The position numbers and the translations under genes are program-made. The notes beneath the pieces are model-generated. The model searched no databases, was not told where the DNA came from, and saw only the letters and a list, made by a program, of their open reading frames with translations. Below, in pieces: positions 60,689 to 64,000 of a stretch of DNA of 64,000 bases. This DNA is from an uncultured Candidatus Saccharibacteria bacterium (GTDB taxonomy: Bacteria > Patescibacteriota > Minisyncoccia > Phycocordibacterales > G965230995). The number at the start of each line of letters is the position of its first letter. Position 1 is the first letter of the stretch. The DNA lies in assembly GCA_965230995.1 (NCBI GenBank), contig OZ246398.1, positions 309,204 to 373,203 on the forward strand. Direction: 5' to 3'.

Positions 60689-60738
60689 GTAAAATTCTTT
60701 TGTGTTGCTATAGAAAATTAAAGTTATAGAATGTAGAG

Positions 60739-61749
60739 ATGAAAGGAAAAATATTCCTGATAATTATTTTGATTTGCAGTATTTCCGCAGTGTCTTTTTT
60801 GTTTTTAAAATCTCCAGATAATCTAGAATCTACAGAAACTTTTGTTGCGGAAATTATTCCAAAAATAATTACAAAGGAAGAGCCAACGGCAAGATTGGTT
60901 TTTGGTGGTGACGTAATGCTTTCTCGTAGTATCGGCATAATAATGAAGAAAGAAAACAATTATCTATTACACTGGGAACCACTTTGCGAAACATTTAGCA
61001 GCGCAGATGTCTCGTTCATAAATCTAGAAGGTCCAATTTCAGACAAAGGAAAAAATGTCGGTAGTATATATTCTTTTAGAGCAGATCCGAAGACCATTGT
61101 TGGGCTGACTGATTGTGGAATTGATGTTGTGTCTTTTGCAAACAACCACGTCTGGGATTGGGGAAGGCAAGCTTTCGAAGACACTTTAAATAGATTAGAG
61201 GAAAAGAAAATATCGTATGTGGGAGCAGGAAAAAATCAAGAAGAAGCAAGAAATCCCATTATATATAATATTCGAGGTATAAATATCGCGTATCTTGCCT
61301 ATACAGACTTGGTCTCAGAATGGCTCCGGAGGCAAGACGCCAGTCCCGCTGTTGCAGGAATTGATTTAGAAAAAATTAGTATGGATATACAAAAAGCAAA
61401 GTCAGAAAAAGCAGATATTATAATCACATCATTTCATTTTGGAGATGAATACGAAACCGTACATAATTCATATCAAGAAAAAATTGCTAGAGCCGTGATT
61501 GACGCTGGTGCAAATATTGTTATAGGGCATCATCCTCACGTAGCTCAGGACATAGAGAGATATAATGATGGTATAATTTTCTATAGTCTAGGAAATCTTA
61601 TATTTGATCAAAACTTTTCCGAAGATACTTCTTTTGGATTAATTGCGGATATTGTTGTTTCAAAAAAAGGAATAGTTTCTGCAGAAAAAATAAAAGCAAA
61701 ATTTGATAAGAAATTTGTACCAGAGATTATTTCATCTGAGGAAATATAA
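60739..61749 (+). CDS. CapA/PgsA-family metallophosphatase-like protein (poly-gamma-glutamate/capsule synthesis family)
   Basis: LVFGGDVMLSRS, DVVSFANNHVWDWG and an ...YVGAG... motif; N-terminal signal/TM. Confidence 0.7.
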   Translation: MKGKIFLIIILICSISAVSFLFLKSPDNLESTETFVAEIIPKIITKEEPTARLVFGGDVMLSRSIGIIMKKENNYLLHWEPLCETFSSADVSFINLEGPISDKGKNVGSIYSFRADPKTIVGLTDCGIDVVSFANNHVWDWGRQAFEDTLNRLEEKKISYVGAGKNQEEARNPIIYNIRGINIAYLAYTDLVSEWLRRQDASPAVAGIDLEKISMDIQKAKSEKADIIITSFHFGDEYETVHNSYQEKIARAVIDAGANIVIGHHPHVAQDIERYNDGIIFYSLGNLIFDQNFSEDTSFGLIADIVVSKKGIVSAEKIKAKFDKKFVPEIISSEEI

Positions 61750-61775
61750 TTTTTTGTGATATACTTATCACCTAT

Positions 61776-62426
61776 ATGATTGCAGGTATTATTGATTTTA
61801 TAAGCAAAACACTTGTGCCGTTTGGTTTTTTTGGTGTGTTTGCTGGGTCCGTTATAGAAGAATTAATTGCTTTTATTCCATCGGCAATAGTTTCTATGGG
61901 GGCGGGGTATTTCTTTTTATCTGGTACTACAGGTCCTGAATTTGCTTGGAATTTATTTTTCTATGTTGTTTTGCCGGTTACACTTGGAATTATGATTGGT
62001 TCTCTGCCAATTTATTATTTTTGTTTTTATCTCGGAGAGCCATTTATTTTAAAATGGGGAAAATGGTTTGGTATAAAAAAAGAAGATTTAGAAAAAATGC
62101 ATAGGATTTATAGTAAAAGCAAATTCGATGAACTGCTCGTGTTTGTAAGTCGTGTAATTCCTTTTTTGCCTTCTGTTGCTGTGTCTGCATTTGCGGGTAT
62201 AACCAGAATACCAGTAAAAAGTTTTCTAATCGGGACATTTTTAGGAACGCCAGTTAGAGCAATATTTTTTGCTATCGTTGGATGGCAAATGGGAGCTTTC
62301 TATAATAAATACGCCGATTTGTTTGATTATTACGACAATGTTGCGTTAATCTCGATAATTTGCCTTTTTGTCATTTTTGTAATATATCGAAAATTGAAAG
62401 AAAAAACTTCAAAAAAAGTATTATAA
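61776..62426 (+). CDS. DedA/VTT-domain membrane protein
   Basis: ...GVFAGSVIEELIAFIP... and ...VSRVIPFLPSVAVSAFAGITRIP.... Confidence 0.6.
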   Translation: MIAGIIDFISKTLVPFGFFGVFAGSVIEELIAFIPSAIVSMGAGYFFLSGTTGPEFAWNLFFYVVLPVTLGIMIGSLPIYYFCFYLGEPFILKWGKWFGIKKEDLEKMHRIYSKSKFDELLVFVSRVIPFLPSVAVSAFAGITRIPVKSFLIGTFLGTPVRAIFFAIVGWQMGAFYNKYADLFDYYDNVALISIICLFVIFVIYRKLKEKTSKKVL

Positions 62427-62433
62427 TCATATT

Positions 62434-62811
62434 ATGAAATATGTAATTTATTTGGTTATCGCCTTGGTATTGATTGTTGGGGTGGCTTTTGGACTATCAA
62501 AAATCCCTCAAAAGCCTGGAAAATATGATGAATTTGCAAAATGTATTACAGATAGTGGGGCAAAATTCTACGGTGCTTTTTGGTGCCCACATTGTGCTGA
62601 TCAAAAAAATATTTTTGGAAAGTCTTCAAAATTATTACCTTATACGGAATGTTCTACTCCGGATGGAAAATTGCAACTAAAAATCTGTACTGATGCTAAA
62701 ATTGAATCATATCCGACTTGGGATTTTGTTGGAAAAGAAAGACAATTAGGTGTTTTTTCTTTTGAGAAACTTTCCGAATTTACTGGATGTAGTTTACCTA
62801 AAGAAGAATAA
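62434..62811 (+). CDS. membrane-anchored thioredoxin-fold protein with CxxC (VKOR partner / DsbA-like)
   Basis: An N-terminal TM helix and the active-site motif FWCPHC. Confidence 0.6.
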   Translation: MKYVIYLVIALVLIVGVAFGLSKIPQKPGKYDEFAKCITDSGAKFYGAFWCPHCADQKNIFGKSSKLLPYTECSTPDGKLQLKICTDAKIESYPTWDFVGKERQLGVFSFEKLSEFTGCSLPKEE

Positions 62812-62815
62812 AAAT

Positions 62816-63361
62816 ATGGAATTTATATACACAATTACAACTCCGCTTCTCTCATATCTCACTCTTGGATTAAATATATTCTCTTTATTTTTAATAATTG
62901 GAATAATTTTCCGCAAAAGCAGTTTGGGAATTTTTGTTCAAAACAAAATTGGTAAATATTCTCTTTTGATGGGGCTTGTGGTCGCTCTCGGTTCACTTGT
63001 TGGTAGCGTAGTATATTCAAACATTATCGGTTTTGATCCGTGCTCACTCTGTTGGTGGGAAAGGATTTTGATTTATCCTCAAATAGTTATTTTTACTGTC
63101 GGTTTGATTCTTAAAGACAAAAATTCTCTCGTGTACAGTATGGTATTTTCAATCGCAACAATACTCCTTTCTGGATATCACACCATAATTCAATTATTTC
63201 CTGGTGTTGGAAGTAGTTGTTCTGGAATCGGTGTGAGCTGTACAAAAGTATATTTCCTTTATTTTGGATACATTACTATACCCACAATGGCTCTTTCCGC
63301 AGGTGTATTTTTTTTCCTAGTCGCGGTATTATTCAAGAGGTTTAATTTAAACAAAAATTAA
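62816..63361 (+). CDS. vitamin K epoxide reductase (VKOR)-family membrane protein
   Basis: Four to five TM helices, DPCSLCWWERILIYPQ and a second Cys pair, SSCSGIGVSC. The start is set to MEFIYT after the upstream stop. Confidence 0.5.
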   Translation: MEFIYTITTPLLSYLTLGLNIFSLFLIIGIIFRKSSLGIFVQNKIGKYSLLMGLVVALGSLVGSVVYSNIIGFDPCSLCWWERILIYPQIVIFTVGLILKDKNSLVYSMVFSIATILLSGYHTIIQLFPGVGSSCSGIGVSCTKVYFLYFGYITIPTMALSAGVFFFLVAVLFKRFNLNKN

Positions 63362-63362
63362 T

Positions 63363-64000
63363 ATGCACAATCACATTTTAAAGTGGAAATATATTATTCT
63401 GCTTCTTGTCGTTATTGCAGTTGGTGTGATTGCGTTTATTATTTTTGGAAACAAAAAAGATAGCTCTCTTGATCTTATATCTGTAAAAAGAGGAGACATA
63501 TCCGAAATTGTCAGAGTTACAGGCAAAACTGTCGCAACAAAAGACGTATCACTTGGTTTTGAAGTCTCCGGAAGAATAAAACAAGTTACTGCAGAAGTCG
63601 GCTCGAAAGTAAAAAGCGGTGATTCTCTTGTTGTTCTCGACACAGAACAGCTTAGAGCTGAGCTTGCCATTGCTTCTGCTGGACTTGAAACAGATAGGGC
63701 CTCGCTTGCTGATGTTGTTGATGGAACAAGACCAGAAGAAATTGCCGTGAGTGAAGCAAAGCTTCTTAGTGCAGAAACATTGCTCGATGATGCTTATTTT
63801 CAGTTGAGAGATGCTCATCGCGATTCTTATACTAACGTTGATGACGCAATTAGGAATAGAACCGATCAATTTTTTACAAATCCAAATACAAATCCGCAAA
63901 TTATTTTTACAACTTCTGATTTTACTTTGGAACAAATTGTAGAAAGTGGAAGATTGGAAATAAAAGATGCACTCCTCAGGCTATCATCTAATTCAATAAA
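63363..64000 (+). CDS. membrane fusion protein (HlyD/efflux periplasmic adaptor family), 5' partial. It runs off the window.
   Basis: An N-terminal TM helix, then a biotin-lipoyl-like hairpin VTGKTVATKDVSLGFEVSGRIKQVTAEVGSKVKSGDSLVVLD, followed by coiled-coil. Confidence 0.6.
   Translation, partial: MHNHILKWKYIILLLVVIAVGVIAFIIFGNKKDSSLDLISVKRGDISEIVRVTGKTVATKDVSLGFEVSGRIKQVTAEVGSKVKSGDSLVVLDTEQLRAELAIASAGLETDRASLADVVDGTRPEEIAVSEAKLLSAETLLDDAYFQLRDAHRDSYTNVDDAIRNRTDQFFTNPNTNPQIIFTTSDFTLEQIVESGRLEIKDALLRLSSNSI

Overview
This 64 kb window looks like a low-GC, Candidate-Phyla-Radiation-like bacterial chromosome segment made of housekeeping genes plus a long cell-surface glycan locus. Three features of it are unusual.

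Housekeeping content: rplJ-rplL, secD-secF, secA, pyk, murD-murC-murB, an FtsW/RodA-type protein, a CaCA antiporter, CapA, DedA, and a thioredoxin/VKOR pair.

rRNA genes: the rRNA operon is unlinked. A 23S-5S unit lies at about 4.5-8.4 kb, and the 16S followed by tRNA-Ile(GAU) lies about 10 kb downstream on the same strand. Each unit has its own TTGAC(A/T)-16-TATA(A/C)T promoter. The 23S carries two intervening sequences; one of them has group-I-intron signature elements.

Glycan locus: a roughly 25 kb cell-surface polysaccharide locus spans 32.3-57.8 kb. It holds many GT4/GT2 glycosyltransferases, a GtrA-like protein, a Wzx flippase, a Wzy/ligase with TPR repeats, a NodU-type carbamoyltransferase, two methyltransferases, a polysaccharide deacetylase fusion, an SGNH hydrolase and a GT11-like enzyme. 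A separate priming sugar transferase sits at 13.9 kb.

The three unusual points:
1. At least five short segments, about 0.4-0.7 kb each, are conspicuously GC-rich by eye: 31-735, 1843-2450, 15290-15880, 20270-20900 and 25440-25870. Four of the five are clearly intergenic between conserved genes. Each carries at most one small gene, and several have a strong AAGGAGG-type ribosome-binding site and their own hairpin-plus-T-tract terminator.
2. Native genes show no Shine-Dalgarno (SD) motifs, and the 16S 3' tail after helix 45 appears to lack the CCUCC anti-SD. The islands are therefore the only SD-bearing genes in the window.
3. Integration and duplication scars are present. There is a 52 bp direct repeat of the rplL 3' end and terminator. 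Partial copies of tRNA-Ile flank the intact tRNA.

The island genes look like a secreted VirB1/P19-like lytic transglycosylase, a possible Cys-His hydrolase with a G9 homopolymer tract, a C2H2-like Cys/His-rich protein, a small Cys-rich secreted peptide, and an unknown protein. All calls are from sequence reading only; no searches were run.
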